From Candidatus Eremiobacteria bacterium (GTDB taxonomy: Bacteria > Vulcanimicrobiota > Vulcanimicrobiia > Vulcanimicrobiales > Vulcanimicrobiaceae), in the NCBI GenBank assembly GCA_963737065.1, contig CAVTRC010000001.1, positions 1,088,001 to 1,152,000 on the forward strand: DNA of 64,000 nt. Direction: 5' to 3'. The translations under genes were made by a program, and so were the position numbers. The notes under the pieces are model-generated. The model saw nothing but the letters and a program-made list of their open reading frames with translations, was not told the DNA's origin and ran no database searches. Positions within the stretch are counted from its first letter, which is position 1. Every line of letters begins with the position of its first letter. Of the stretch, positions 20,064 through 30,566 are shown one piece after another.

Positions 20064-21068
20064 CTACCCTTTGACGAGCATGTGCAGGTTGAAGCGTTTC
20101 GCTTTATCGTGCCAAACATGTGACACGTTGAAGCCGGTTCCGGCTGCGAGAGCCGCGATATCGTTGTCGTCGAATTTATGCGATGATTCCGTGTGAATCG
20201 GTTCGCCTTGACGAAAGTGTACGATCGTTTTGAGCGCATCGATCGCGAAGTTTTGTTCGCGCAACGAGACGAGATATGAGTCGACCGCGCCGCGCTTGGC
20301 ATCGTACTGTGCGACATGCCGGAAGCATCGAAGATCAAAACCTCCGCCCAGTTCGCGATTTATGCGCCCGAGAATGTTTTTATTGAATGCCGAGGTCACG
20401 CCGGTCGGATCGTCATATGCGCGCTCCAATACCCGGGGATCTTTCTTACGATCCGTTCCAAGTACGAGCGCATCGCCCGGGCGTAGTGCGTCGGCGATGA
20501 GCGTTACGAGCGCTCGCGCTTCGGGCGGAGTGTAATTGCCGATGTTCGACCCCATCAGCATCGCTAGTACGCGGCGGCCGAACCGCAACACGCCGGATTT
20601 CAACACGGTGAAGTAATCACCGGCATATGCGCGCACGGAAAGCGCCGGGAAACTTTCCACCAACGCCGCCGACGATGCGCGCAATGCATCGACCGAAATG
20701 TCGATCGGACTGTACACGAGGCTCTTTTGCGCGCGCATCGCTTCGCCGATCAGCAGACGGGTTTTCACCGCGCTTCCGCTTCCCAACTCGAGAAAATCGA
20801 CCGGCTCACCGAGAACGCGTACGATCTCCCAGCCCCAGTCGCGCAGAATTTCAGTTTCGGCGGCAGTCAGGTAGTACTCGGGCAGATGCGTGATCGCTTC
20901 AAACAGCGATGACCCCAGATCGTCATAGAAATATTTCGCCGCCAGCCGCTTCGGCGATGCGCTCAAGCCCTCGAGCACGTCGTCGGCAAAGGTGTGGCCC
21001 GCCGCGGCACGAGGGAGCTCGACGATCTCGAACCGGTTCTTCGCGTTGGACGTGATTGGTCGGTACAT
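20064..21068 (-). CDS. egtD: L-histidine N-alpha-methyltransferase
   Basis: KYFYDDLGSSLFEAIT.LPEYYLT, ELGSG, GSNIGN, AYDDPTGVT and HTESSHK. Confidence 0.93.
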   Translation of the reverse strand: MYRPITSNAKNRFEIVELPRAAAGHTFADDVLEGLSASPKRLAAKYFYDDLGSSLFEAITHLPEYYLTAAETEILRDWGWEIVRVLGEPVDFLELGSGSAVKTRLLIGEAMRAQKSLVYSPIDISVDALRASSAALVESFPALSVRAYAGDYFTVLKSGVLRFGRRVLAMLMGSNIGNYTPPEARALVTLIADALRPGDALVLGTDRKKDPRVLERAYDDPTGVTSAFNKNILGRINRELGGGFDLRCFRHVAQYDAKRGAVDSYLVSLREQNFAIDALKTIVHFRQGEPIHTESSHKFDDNDIAALAAGTGFNVSHVWHDKAKRFNLHMLVKG

Positions 21069-21135
21069 ACACCCTCCGGGGAACGGTTTACCACCCCAAC
21101 GCCGCAAATCGCCGCCCGGTTTCAATCCTAGCCGG

Positions 21136-21600
21136 TTATTTGGGGCAAACGTTCCGGATAGCAGTTTCAGCAGCAGGATCGGCCGGAGAATGGAGAGGCC
21201 GGGCGTACATCGCCATGTACGTCTTACCCCGCACGTCGGTGGCGAGAAACTCAATTTCGGACGGCTGCGATGCAGCGTCATTATCGACCTTTGTTTCGCC
21301 TTGCAGTTCGACGAAGAGTGCATCTTGCGTCCCGTTGCAAACCTTGATTCGTTCTTTTTTCTGAAGGCGCGCATCGTTCAAATCGGCTTGCGTCAATGTT
21401 TTGTTCCAATCGATTTGCGCGGGCATCGAAATCAAAACGATATTGTTGTGCGGTGCGGCCGCCCACACTTGCATGAACGGTCCGAACGATGCCTTCGATC
21501 GAAACGACGGCGGAGCTTGAAAGGTTACCGCGTCGGTTGCGCTGCCGCATGCGGGCAACAACGCGACCGCACCGGCAAAGAATACGAGCCGTGCTTTCAT
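21136..21600 (-). CDS. Lipoprotein
   Basis: Lipobox LPAC. Confidence 0.7.
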   Translation of the reverse strand: MKARLVFFAGAVALLPACGSATDAVTFQAPPSFRSKASFGPFMQVWAAAPHNNIVLISMPAQIDWNKTLTQADLNDARLQKKERIKVCNGTQDALFVELQGETKVDNDAASQPSEIEFLATDVRGKTYMAMYARPLHSPADPAAETAIRNVCPK

Positions 21601-21610
21601 GGCGCGACCT

Positions 21611-22334
21611 TCAACGGCCGGCGCGAAACTCTTGTTGCACGCGTTCGTATCCCGCAATACGCGCCCACCGCTCGAAAATCAACGCGACATACGCTTTGGT
21701 TTCTGCGTAGGGCGGAACGCCATGGTACTGCGCGACCGCGCCGGGACCCGCATTGTATGCCGCGAGCGCGGTTGCGAATGCATCGTCGTATTGCAAACGG
21801 TACTGCCGGTAATACGCACCGAGGAGACGCGCCGCTGCCGTCGATTGCATCGAACGGATCGAACGGGTCGACGCCGTACGAGTCGGCGGTTTCGATCGTA
21901 AATTGTGCGATCCCGGCCGCGCCGGCCGGTGAGAGCGCGCCGGGGTCGAATGCCGATTCTTGCAAAAGGGTAGCGGCGAGAAACTCGGGTGGTAGATCGT
22001 GGGCACGAGCCGCGCGCACGGTCGCATCCGAAAGTTCGAGCGCGCCGGCTGCCGTTATCCGCGGATTCGTCCGCATGACCCCGCGAGCGATCGCCAATTC
22101 CGGGTAAGAAATATGCGAGCCGTCCTCCACGAGCCGCGCGCCCATAAGCGCGTCGACGTGCGCCGGAGACGGCCAGCTTAGTGCGGTGTCAAGCACGCGG
22201 TCGAGTTGCGGAGTTGCAATAGTACGCGCGTGCACTGTACGGTCGAAGGTGGTTGAAACGCAGCCGCACAACATCGCGGCAGCAGCTACAACGCCGAATA
22301 CGGTCTTAGGACGAAGGAAACGCTTCACATGCAT
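21611..22334 (-). pseudogene. Lytic transglycosylase (SLT), frameshift near 21835
   Basis: QESAF...GIAQF in one frame; ALAAYNAG...PPYAETKAYV in another. Confidence 0.85.
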
Positions 22335-22856
22335 CTAGCGCTGGCGACGCTCATCGTACTTGTGGTAGGAGACTTTACATCGACGTTCTTCTATCACGTC
22401 CCGCAGCATCTTTGGTTCACGCTGCATCTGCGCACGCATCACGATCGCCGGCGCTCGTATTGGGATCACGCGGTGATCTCGCGCAGTCCTGAAGTTCTGC
22501 TCGACGGATTCCTCGGTGCCGTACCATACCTCGTCGTCGCAATTTTCGTTTGGCAAATCTCGTGGCCGGGCGCTCTTTTGGGCCTGGCACTCGGACAACT
22601 TCACGTCTGGTGGCGGCACACGACCGAATTAGGATGGCGCACTCCGGCCTGGATGCGCGCGATCGCGCGACCGCTGCAAATCGTATTGCCCGAGGACCAC
22701 GACGGCCATCACCGAAACCCGGATATCGAGTTTGGCGACATCTTCCGTTTTTACGACGCTCCGGCCCGGGCGCTGATTGCCAAGCTCGCCCCTACCAGCC
22801 GGCGTGTACGAAATGCAGCTCTCCGTCGCTCGAAACGCGCGCCGGTGCGGGCCTAG
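22329..22856 (+). CDS. Fatty acid hydroxylase/sterol desaturase family protein
   Basis: His motifs HVPQH, HLRTHH, HVWWRH and HDGHH; TM helices. Confidence 0.75.
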   Translation: MHLALATLIVLVVGDFTSTFFYHVPQHLWFTLHLRTHHDRRRSYWDHAVISRSPEVLLDGFLGAVPYLVVAIFVWQISWPGALLGLALGQLHVWWRHTTELGWRTPAWMRAIARPLQIVLPEDHDGHHRNPDIEFGDIFRFYDAPARALIAKLAPTSRRVRNAALRRSKRAPVRA

Positions 22857-22865
22857 GAGCCAATA

Positions 22866-24077
22866 TTGACCAAACGGGCACTCTTTTTGATTTCGGATAC
22901 CGGCGGCGGCCACCGAAGCGCCTCAAATGCGATCACGGCTGCGCTGGACGAGATCAAAGAGCCGTTTGCCTTCGAGCATCGCATCGAGGACGTCGCAGCG
23001 CATTGTTCGTTTCCGTTGACGCAGCTCGGCCTCGGATACAGCATGGCGCTGCGGTATGCGCCGCCGGTGTATGGAGCGCTGTACTACGCGACGAACGGGA
23101 GACGGCGATATCGGGCTCTCGTTCGTTTTTGCGAGCCGCTCTACCGCGAACGTCTTCGCGACCTCTTCCTCAGTTACAAGCCCGATGTGATCGTCTCCGT
23201 TCACCCGCTTCTCAACCACGCGGCTCTTCGCGCGCGCGCCGATGCCGGAATGGAAGACATTCCGATCGTTACGGTCATCACCGACCTCGGTAAAGTGCAC
23301 GAATCGTGGCTCATGCCCGATGCCAACGCCGTCGTCGTTCCGGCGCGGGAAGTCTACGAGCGCGCACTTTCGCGCGGCATCTCGCCTTCGCGCCTGCGTC
23401 TGCTCGGCCAGCCGATTCACCCGAAATTCGACGACGTCACGGGAACGAAGGAAGAGTTACGTGATGCGCTCGCGCTGCCGCAAAACCAACTGATCGTTAT
23501 GCTGATGGCGGGTGGTGAAGGCGGCGGCAAACTGCTGCCCACCACGCTCGCACTCGCGAAAGCAAATCTTCCGGTCCATTTGCTCGTCGTCTGCGGGCGC
23601 AACGAACCGCTCAAAGCAAAACTCGAAGAGCTGCAGCAATCGCTGCCGACGCCGATGACGGTCCTCGGCTTCACCGACAAGATTCCCGAGTATTTCCGGG
23701 CCGTCGATCTTCTCGTAACGAAAGCCGGACCCGGATCGCTTGCGGAAGCAAACGCCGCGCAACTACCCGTGGTCGTCTACGACTACGTTCCCGGACAGGA
23801 ACGCGGCAACGTCGATTTCGTGCGCAACAACGGATTGGGTGCAGTCGCGTTGCACGGAGCCGGACAAGTGACGCAGGCCGTCCGCATGCTCATTCGCACG
23901 CCGCATCGCTTGGATGAAATACGGCGCAATCAGGAGCGCGTGGCGCCCGTGCGCAGCTCGCGTCGCATCGCGGCGCTCATCGCGCAGATCGCGAATACCG
24001 GGACTTTACCCGCGCAGGACGAGGCGACCGTACGACACGTTTTCGCGGCGTCCGCGGCAGCGCGCGCGTCGGCGTAA
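22866..24077 (+). CDS. MGDG synthase/UgtP-like glycosyltransferase (GT28)
   Basis: DTGGGH, SVHPL, VITD, GGEG, TKAGPG and PGQERGN. Confidence 0.9.
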   Translation: MTKRALFLISDTGGGHRSASNAITAALDEIKEPFAFEHRIEDVAAHCSFPLTQLGLGYSMALRYAPPVYGALYYATNGRRRYRALVRFCEPLYRERLRDLFLSYKPDVIVSVHPLLNHAALRARADAGMEDIPIVTVITDLGKVHESWLMPDANAVVVPAREVYERALSRGISPSRLRLLGQPIHPKFDDVTGTKEELRDALALPQNQLIVMLMAGGEGGGKLLPTTLALAKANLPVHLLVVCGRNEPLKAKLEELQQSLPTPMTVLGFTDKIPEYFRAVDLLVTKAGPGSLAEANAAQLPVVVYDYVPGQERGNVDFVRNNGLGAVALHGAGQVTQAVRMLIRTPHRLDEIRRNQERVAPVRSSRRIAALIAQIANTGTLPAQDEATVRHVFAASAAARASA

Positions 24078-24105
24078 TCGCGCCCGGCGTTACGATACGT
24101 ACAAG

Positions 24106-25089
24106 CTACGCGCCGATCGTCGTCAGTCCACCGCGAAACGCCATCGTTGCCGCGCCGACTTGACCGGCGTCGTTGCCGAGTTGCGCGACGATGATGCGCG
24201 TCGTGCCGCGTGGCACCATCGTCGTCAGCTCGTCGACGCGGCCGCGCACTGCGTCGAGCATAAAGTCCGCGGCGGTCGAGACGCCGCCGCCGAGCGCAAT
24301 GACCTCCGGGTTCACGAATGCGACGATGTTCGCAAGTCCGATCGAAAGATCGGATGTGAAGTTCTTCCATGCCGCGAGGGCGTGTTGATCGCCGGCCTGC
24401 GCCGCTTTGCGGATCTTCTTCGATCCTAGTTTATCGCGGTCGACGTCGAGCAGGCGGCTTCGCGGGAACGACGCCTGGACCGCGAACGCGTGTCGGATCA
24501 ATCCCGTTCCGGACGCCTGCGCTTCGAAACACCCGATCTTGCCGCAGTTGCAAATGAAACCGTCGGTCGGACGAATCTGATGGTGCCCGATTTCGCCCGC
24601 GCCGAAGCGGTTGCCGAGGACGAGATCGCCGTCGGAAATGATGCCGCCGCCGATTCCCGTGCCGAGCGTGAGCAACACGAAATTTTTCGTTCCGCGCCCC
24701 GTGCCGTAGGTGTATTCGCCGAGCGTCGCGCAACGCGCGTCGTTTCCTACATAGACCGGCAAATCGAAATGCGAGCGCAGCATTTCGCCGAGCGGCTCAT
24801 TCGTCCAATGGAAGTTTGGACTATAGAGCACCGCGCCGGACCGAGGCTCGATATTTCCCGGGGAACCCACGCCGATGCCGACGCAGTTCTTCGCGTCCGC
24901 GTCTTTGAGCGCGCACGTGATCGCGTCCACGAGCACTTTGCCGACACCATCGAATGCAAGATCGTCGAGATCGTGCTCGTGCTGCTGATGGATCGTTCCG
25001 TCGTCGCCGACGACGCCGGCCGTAACGTGGGATCCGCCAAGATCGACGCCGATTGCGGTGCGCACTTTTACCCTCCGTTCGATGGTCAT
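24106..25089 (-). CDS. ROK family sugar kinase (glucokinase-like)
   Basis: GVDLGGS, NDA, GTGIGGG and GEIGH..CNCG..GCFE. Confidence 0.92.
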   Translation of the reverse strand: MTIERRVKVRTAIGVDLGGSHVTAGVVGDDGTIHQQHEHDLDDLAFDGVGKVLVDAITCALKDADAKNCVGIGVGSPGNIEPRSGAVLYSPNFHWTNEPLGEMLRSHFDLPVYVGNDARCATLGEYTYGTGRGTKNFVLLTLGTGIGGGIISDGDLVLGNRFGAGEIGHHQIRPTDGFICNCGKIGCFEAQASGTGLIRHAFAVQASFPRSRLLDVDRDKLGSKKIRKAAQAGDQHALAAWKNFTSDLSIGLANIVAFVNPEVIALGGGVSTAADFMLDAVRGRVDELTTMVPRGTTRIIVAQLGNDAGQVGAATMAFRGGLTTIGA

Positions 25090-25189
25090 GGAGTTCGCGC
25101 GAAACGCGCGAATCGGAGCAGGCGAGCTTGATTCTTAACTAAACCGCGAGGCCCTACCCGCAACGCATAGCGAAGTATGCGCTATCGCT

Positions 25190-25858
25190 ATGGAGACAAT
25201 CGACCTCATCGGCCTGCGCGATATTACCCGCCGCACCGGCCAGCCGACCCATCCCGAGCTCCTCGACATGCGCCCGATGGAGCATGTCAAAGAGATCGAA
25301 ATCACCGAAGAACACATCACGGTAAAATATAACGAAGCGACCACGCGTTACTACAACGCGAATGAAGTCACGCATCGAGAGTGGGTGTATAAATACAACG
25401 ACGATCCCGACTTCGTGCGCGCGATCGCAAAAGTGATCGAACTTGCGCGCAAGCACCTCAAAGACATGCCGGAGAACCTAACGTGTCCGCCGGGCTGTGC
25501 CGAGTGTTGCAGCGGATACGAGCCGTTTGTTAGCCGCGCCGACGTTCAACGTATCGCCGATCATCTCGGCATGACGTATCAGGACGTCATGGACGAATAC
25601 GTCGTCAAGCGTCCGTCCGCGGACGGTTTCCACGTCGGATGGTTGCGTAAAGTCACGGACGATCTCGCGGACAACTGCGTGTTCCTGATGGGCACGAAGA
25701 GCGGCCACTACTACTGCGGCATCTACGAAGCGCGACCGCACGATTGCGGCGATTTCACGCCGATCGGCTGCGAAGACGTCGACGCCGATCTCTCGCACGA
25801 CCGCGCGTTCAAAGTGGGCGCTCCGTTCCGCCCGAACCCTCGGCGGCGCAGACGTTAG
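25190..25858 (+). CDS. YkgJ-family cysteine cluster protein
   Basis: CPPGCAECC, CVFL and CGIYEARP..C. Confidence 0.85.
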   Translation: METIDLIGLRDITRRTGQPTHPELLDMRPMEHVKEIEITEEHITVKYNEATTRYYNANEVTHREWVYKYNDDPDFVRAIAKVIELARKHLKDMPENLTCPPGCAECCSGYEPFVSRADVQRIADHLGMTYQDVMDEYVVKRPSADGFHVGWLRKVTDDLADNCVFLMGTKSGHYYCGIYEARPHDCGDFTPIGCEDVDADLSHDRAFKVGAPFRPNPRRRRR

Positions 25859-25903
25859 TCTTTTCATAAGGAAAGCGACGGCGCAACACGGTAGTAGAGC
25901 GGC

Positions 25904-28876
25904 ATGAAGAGATTGATGCCGCTTCGTCGTTTTTGTGCATTTGCGGCGCTCGCCGCATTGGCCGGCACGATGTTGCCGCTTCCGGCTCGCACGCAGACGA
26001 TCGCGCTATCGCAGTACGCAGGAATGCGCTGGCGGTTCATCGGCCCGCTGCGAGGCGGACGTACGAAAGCCGTCGCCGGCGTGCCGAATCAGCCGAACCG
26101 TTTTTACATCGGCGCGGTGAACGGCGGAATTTGGCGTACCGACGACGCGGGCCGGACGTGGGTTCCGCTCTTCGACAACGAACCGACCGGATCGATCGGT
26201 GCCATCGCCGTCGCGCAAAGCGACCCGAATATCATCTATGCGGGCAGCGGCGAGGGCGAACAACGCCCCGATCTCTCGGTCGGCAACGGCATCTATAAGT
26301 CGACGGACGGCGGCGCGACGTGGACGCATCTTGGTCTACGCGACGGTCAGCAAATTCCGCAAATGGCGGTCGATCCGAAGAACCCGGATCGTCTCTTCGT
26401 AGCGGTGCTCGGTCATCCGTTCGGACCTAATTCCGAGCGTGGCGTCTATCGTTCGCTCGACGGCGGCGCAACCTTCAAGCGCGTGCTGTATCGTGACGAG
26501 AACACCGGAGCAAACGACGTCGAAATCGATCCGTCGAATCCGAACGTCGTGTACGCGACGTTGTGGTCGGCGCGTGCGGCGCCATGGGAAGCGGGGCCGT
26601 TCCAACGCGCGGGCAGCGGCGTTTTCAAATCAACCGATGGCGGCGACACTTGGACGAAACTGACGAACGGTTTGCCGCCGCGCATCGGGCGTTCGGAACT
26701 CGGCATCGCGCCGTCGGACACGAACATCGTGTATGCGGGGGTTGACGCACCGACGGGTTGCGCAATCTACCGCAGCGACGACGCCGGACAACACTTCTCG
26801 CTTACGAGCAGCGACGATCGCGTCTGCGCACGTGCGGGCGATTTGCTCACGGTTACGGTCGATCCGAAAGATCCGCATACGGTGTACGCCACCAGTACGT
26901 CGCTGTACCGGTCGAGCGATAGCGGTAAAACGTTCACGCCGATAAAAGGCGCGCCGGGCGGTGACGATTATCAAGCCGTGTGGATCAATCCGAACGATCC
27001 GAACATCCTCGCACTGACGTCGGATCAAGGCGCGGAGATTTCGGTCGATCGCGGAAAGACGTGGAGCTCGTGGTACAACCAGCCGACCGGGCAAATGTAC
27101 CACGTCAATACCGATGACCGTCTTCCATATTGGGTCTGTGGTGGGCAACAAGATTCAGGGTCGGCTTGCGTTCTGAGCCGAGGCGATTGGGGGCAAGTCA
27201 ACCAGCGCGACTGGCATCCCGCCGGGGCTGAAGAGTACGGATACGTCGTTCCCGATCCGCTTCACGCGGGCAATTTTTACGGCGGCAAAGTCGAACATTT
27301 CGACGAGCATACGTCGCAGACGCAAGAAGTATCGCCGAACCCGATGCGCACGAAGCCGTATCGCGTCGTTCGGACCGAACCGATCGCGTTCGATCATTTC
27401 GACAAGCACGCGATGTATTTCGGCGCAAATCAGGTCTACGTCACACGCGACGGCGGCATGCATTGGAAAGCGATCAGCCCGGATCTAACGCGTGCGAAGT
27501 GGGCGATGCCCCGGGTCATCGAGTCGTTCGAGTCCGACGATCCCGAGAAAGGGGCACATCGCGGTGTCGTCTACGCGCTGGCACCGTCATATAGACATGC
27601 GGGCACGCTGTGGGCTGGAACCGATGACGGGTTGGTGTGGATCACGCGCGATCACGGCGCGCACTGGAAAAACGTTACGCCGCCCAACCTCGCGGCCTGG
27701 AGCAAGATCTCGCAAATCGATGCATCACGTATCGACGACGACACGGCCTACGTTGCCGTTAACCGCTTTCGTCTCGACGATCTGCGACCGTGGATCTTCC
27801 GCACGCACGACGGCGGTGTACATTGGACGTCGATCGGCGACGGCTTGCCCACGGACGAACCCGTCAACGCCGTCCGTCAAGATCCGCACGTGCGCGGATT
27901 GCTCTACGCGGCGACGGAAGGCAACGTCTACGTCTCGTTCGACGACGGCGCGCACTGGCAATCACTGCAGAACAATCTTCCGCACACGTCGATGCGCGAC
28001 ATCACCGTGCACGGCGACGACCTCATCGTGGCAACGCATGGTCGCGGATTCTGGATCCTCGACGACATCGAACCGCTTCGCGAACTTGCGCGCTCCGGTG
28101 CTTTCAACGGCACGCACCTGTTCACGCCGCAACTCACGTATCGCGTTCGGCGCAACACCAATACGGATACGCCGCTGCCGCCCGAGGAGCCGCACGGCCA
28201 GAATCCGCCCGCCGGTGCGATCGTCGATTATACGCTGAACGCTCCGGCGCAACGCGTCGTCATAACGATCCGCGACAGTAGAGGCAATGTCGTTCGCCGT
28301 TATGCGAGTGACGATCCCGAACCGCCCGCGGTACAATTCGATAAGCCTTCGTACTGGGAGCAGCCCTTCCAACGTCCGGACGCGAGCATCGGCATGCATC
28401 GGTTCGCGTGGGACTTGCACGAAACAGCGCCGCAATCGGTGACGGTCGATCTGCCGATGACGGCGAACGCGGGTGAGACGCCGCGCGTGCCGCAAGGCGC
28501 ACTCGTCGTTCCGGGACATTATACCGTCGAGCTGACCGTCGATGGCCGGTCGCAGTCGCGCCCGCTCGCACTCGTGATGGATCCGCGCATTCACATCAGT
28601 TCTGCGGATCTGCAACGGCAATACGACATGGCGCACGAGACGACGGCAATGATGAACGGCACGTATGCGGCGCTGCAAAACGCGAGACGGACGAGTCAAA
28701 CAAAGCGCGCGACGCAGCTGGGAACGCTCAATATGCGTTTGACCGGTTTGTTCGACCTGATTGACGGCGCGGACGCACCGATACCGGAGGGGACGCGGCG
28801 CGCCTTTTGCACGCTCCGCGAGCAATCGATAGCCGCAGGCGCTGCGTCACCGCGCCGCAACCCGTTCTGTCCCTAG
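25904..28876 (+). CDS. Secreted BNR/Asp-box (VPS10/sialidase-like) beta-propeller protein
   Basis: Signal peptide; many SxDGGxTW repeats; ATHGRGFWILDD. Confidence 0.9.
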   Translation: MKRLMPLRRFCAFAALAALAGTMLPLPARTQTIALSQYAGMRWRFIGPLRGGRTKAVAGVPNQPNRFYIGAVNGGIWRTDDAGRTWVPLFDNEPTGSIGAIAVAQSDPNIIYAGSGEGEQRPDLSVGNGIYKSTDGGATWTHLGLRDGQQIPQMAVDPKNPDRLFVAVLGHPFGPNSERGVYRSLDGGATFKRVLYRDENTGANDVEIDPSNPNVVYATLWSARAAPWEAGPFQRAGSGVFKSTDGGDTWTKLTNGLPPRIGRSELGIAPSDTNIVYAGVDAPTGCAIYRSDDAGQHFSLTSSDDRVCARAGDLLTVTVDPKDPHTVYATSTSLYRSSDSGKTFTPIKGAPGGDDYQAVWINPNDPNILALTSDQGAEISVDRGKTWSSWYNQPTGQMYHVNTDDRLPYWVCGGQQDSGSACVLSRGDWGQVNQRDWHPAGAEEYGYVVPDPLHAGNFYGGKVEHFDEHTSQTQEVSPNPMRTKPYRVVRTEPIAFDHFDKHAMYFGANQVYVTRDGGMHWKAISPDLTRAKWAMPRVIESFESDDPEKGAHRGVVYALAPSYRHAGTLWAGTDDGLVWITRDHGAHWKNVTPPNLAAWSKISQIDASRIDDDTAYVAVNRFRLDDLRPWIFRTHDGGVHWTSIGDGLPTDEPVNAVRQDPHVRGLLYAATEGNVYVSFDDGAHWQSLQNNLPHTSMRDITVHGDDLIVATHGRGFWILDDIEPLRELARSGAFNGTHLFTPQLTYRVRRNTNTDTPLPPEEPHGQNPPAGAIVDYTLNAPAQRVVITIRDSRGNVVRRYASDDPEPPAVQFDKPSYWEQPFQRPDASIGMHRFAWDLHETAPQSVTVDLPMTANAGETPRVPQGALVVPGHYTVELTVDGRSQSRPLALVMDPRIHISSADLQRQYDMAHETTAMMNGTYAALQNARRTSQTKRATQLGTLNMRLTGLFDLIDGADAPIPEGTRRAFCTLREQSIAAGAASPRRNPFCP

Positions 28877-28912
28877 CGAAGTACTGCTCGATGAAAGGAG
28901 CTCCATACTGCA

Positions 28913-29317
28913 ATGAATACTTTCCGTCTCGGAGCGCTCGCGCTCACCATGGCGGCGACGTCGTCCGCCGGCACGTTTGCCGCGTCCGACTCTCTAACGA
29001 TCCCGATGAAGGCGCTCAATGACAGCGGCGAAAGCGGCAGCGCGGTACTGACGCAGCAGGACGACGGCGTGCACGTCGCCGTCACGCTGCAAAACGCGCC
29101 GAAAGACACGCCGCAGCCGACGCACATCCACATCGGGACCTGCGGCAACATCAACAAGGCGCCGGAATACGCGCTCGTCAATACGGTTGACGGCAAAGGT
29201 GAATCGGTTGTCAAAGGCGTGAAGTTGAGCGATCTCATGGCCGCCAAGTACGCGATCAACGTGCACAAGCGCGGCGATGATCTCGGCACATACGTGTCCT
29301 GCGGCGACATCAAGTAA
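28913..29317 (+). CDS. Secreted CHRD/Cu-SOD-like small protein
   Basis: Signal peptide; PTHIHIGTC, INVH and SCGDI. Confidence 0.75.
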   Translation: MNTFRLGALALTMAATSSAGTFAASDSLTIPMKALNDSGESGSAVLTQQDDGVHVAVTLQNAPKDTPQPTHIHIGTCGNINKAPEYALVNTVDGKGESVVKGVKLSDLMAAKYAINVHKRGDDLGTYVSCGDIK

Positions 29318-29381
29318 CCCCGCAGAGTCGAGAAACGCGCGTGTAAGGTGAAGCGCGGGCGGGACGGCGAACGCAAGCATC

Positions 29382-29978
29382 ATGGACCGTCCTTCACCTG
29401 CTTCGCGGTTCGGCGAACCGCCCGAAGACGCGCTGCCCGGGGATATCCGGGAAATCTACGAGACGAATCGCGCAAAGATCGGATTCGTGCCCAACGTCTT
29501 TCGCGCGTACGCGCAGCGTCCCGAACACTTCCGCGCGTTCATGGCCTACCATGACGTGCTGATGAAGGGAACGAGCGGTCTCTCTCGTCCGGAGCGCGAG
29601 GCAATCGTGGTTGCGGTGAGCGCTGCGAATCGCTGCCAATATTGCATGACCGCGCATGGTGCAGCACTGCGCATCCTCGGCAAAGACCCAATCCTCGCGG
29701 AACAGATTGCAAACAACTGGCGTACGGCCGAACTATCACCGCGGTTGCGGACGATGCTGGAGTTTGCAACGAACGTAAACGAACCCGGATTCGCGGCGAG
29801 CGATGGCGACATCGAGGGGTTGCGCGCATCGGGGTTCACCGACGACGAGATCTGGGATATCGCCGCTATCGCGGCATTTTTCGGCTTTTCGAATCGAATG
29901 GCCGGGCTGATGGATATGCGTCCGAACGAAGAGTTTTATTCGATGGGGCGGAGTGTACCGGCTTCGGCGGCCAAGTGA
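29382..29978 (+). CDS. AhpD-family peroxidase-related enzyme
   Basis: GFVPNVF, EREAI and NRCQYCMTAH. Confidence 0.9.
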   Translation: MDRPSPASRFGEPPEDALPGDIREIYETNRAKIGFVPNVFRAYAQRPEHFRAFMAYHDVLMKGTSGLSRPEREAIVVAVSAANRCQYCMTAHGAALRILGKDPILAEQIANNWRTAELSPRLRTMLEFATNVNEPGFAASDGDIEGLRASGFTDDEIWDIAAIAAFFGFSNRMAGLMDMRPNEEFYSMGRSVPASAAK

Positions 29979-30079
29979 CGCGCATCACCGCTTTTTGCAA
30001 TGATGGGAGGGCGCGCAATACGGCACGCGTGCGTGGTGGGTACGAATTGTACGTAGCATGAAAGGAGGTCCCGGTAAAC

Positions 30080-30457
30080 TTGAATACCGTACACAATCGC
30101 GTTCCGTGGATCAATCTTGCGATCGGCATTATGACGATCATCTCACCGTACGCGCTTGGTACGTCGGACAACGCCGCGAGATGGAGCTTAACGATCACCG
30201 GCATCATCGTCGGTATCGTGGCAATCATCGAACTCGCAATGGATAGGCAAAACCGCGGCGTCGCGTATTGGCCCGTGATCAATCTGCTCGCCGGCATTTG
30301 GCTCATCATTTCGACGTCGCTTGCAGCCGGCAACACAGCCGTCGTCTGGAACGATATCATCCTCGGTGTAGCGGCGATCGTAACCGCGCTTGTGGCAATG
30401 TCTTACGAACGGATACACGCAAGCGCAGCCAATCCGAATCTGACCCATCGCGTCTAG
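30080..30457 (+). CDS. SPW-repeat membrane protein
   Basis: Two WIN/INL..G.W..ISP-like repeats; four TM helices. Confidence 0.75.
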   Translation: MNTVHNRVPWINLAIGIMTIISPYALGTSDNAARWSLTITGIIVGIVAIIELAMDRQNRGVAYWPVINLLAGIWLIISTSLAAGNTAVVWNDIILGVAAIVTALVAMSYERIHASAANPNLTHRV

Positions 30458-30474
30458 TCCCGACCACCTAGAAT

Positions 30475-30508
30475 AAAAACACCGGCTCATTGACGAACCG
30501 GTGTTTTT
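30475..30508. terminator. Bidirectional intrinsic terminator
   Basis: AAAAACACCGG...CCGGTGTTTTT between convergent genes. Confidence 0.85.
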
Positions 30509-30566
30509 CGGCGGTGAATGGCGTTAGTTCAAGGACGTGAAACCATAACGTTACGGCTTCCTTCAA

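Noticed and set aside
20992..22107. Long antisense ORFs here and elsewhere (33366-34343, 45997-46941, 59526-60665)
   Set aside because: Shadows of well-supported genes on the opposite strand.
25904..28100. Recurring GACGGCGGC...TGG nucleotide repeats
   Set aside because: Explained by Asp-box repeats in the protein.
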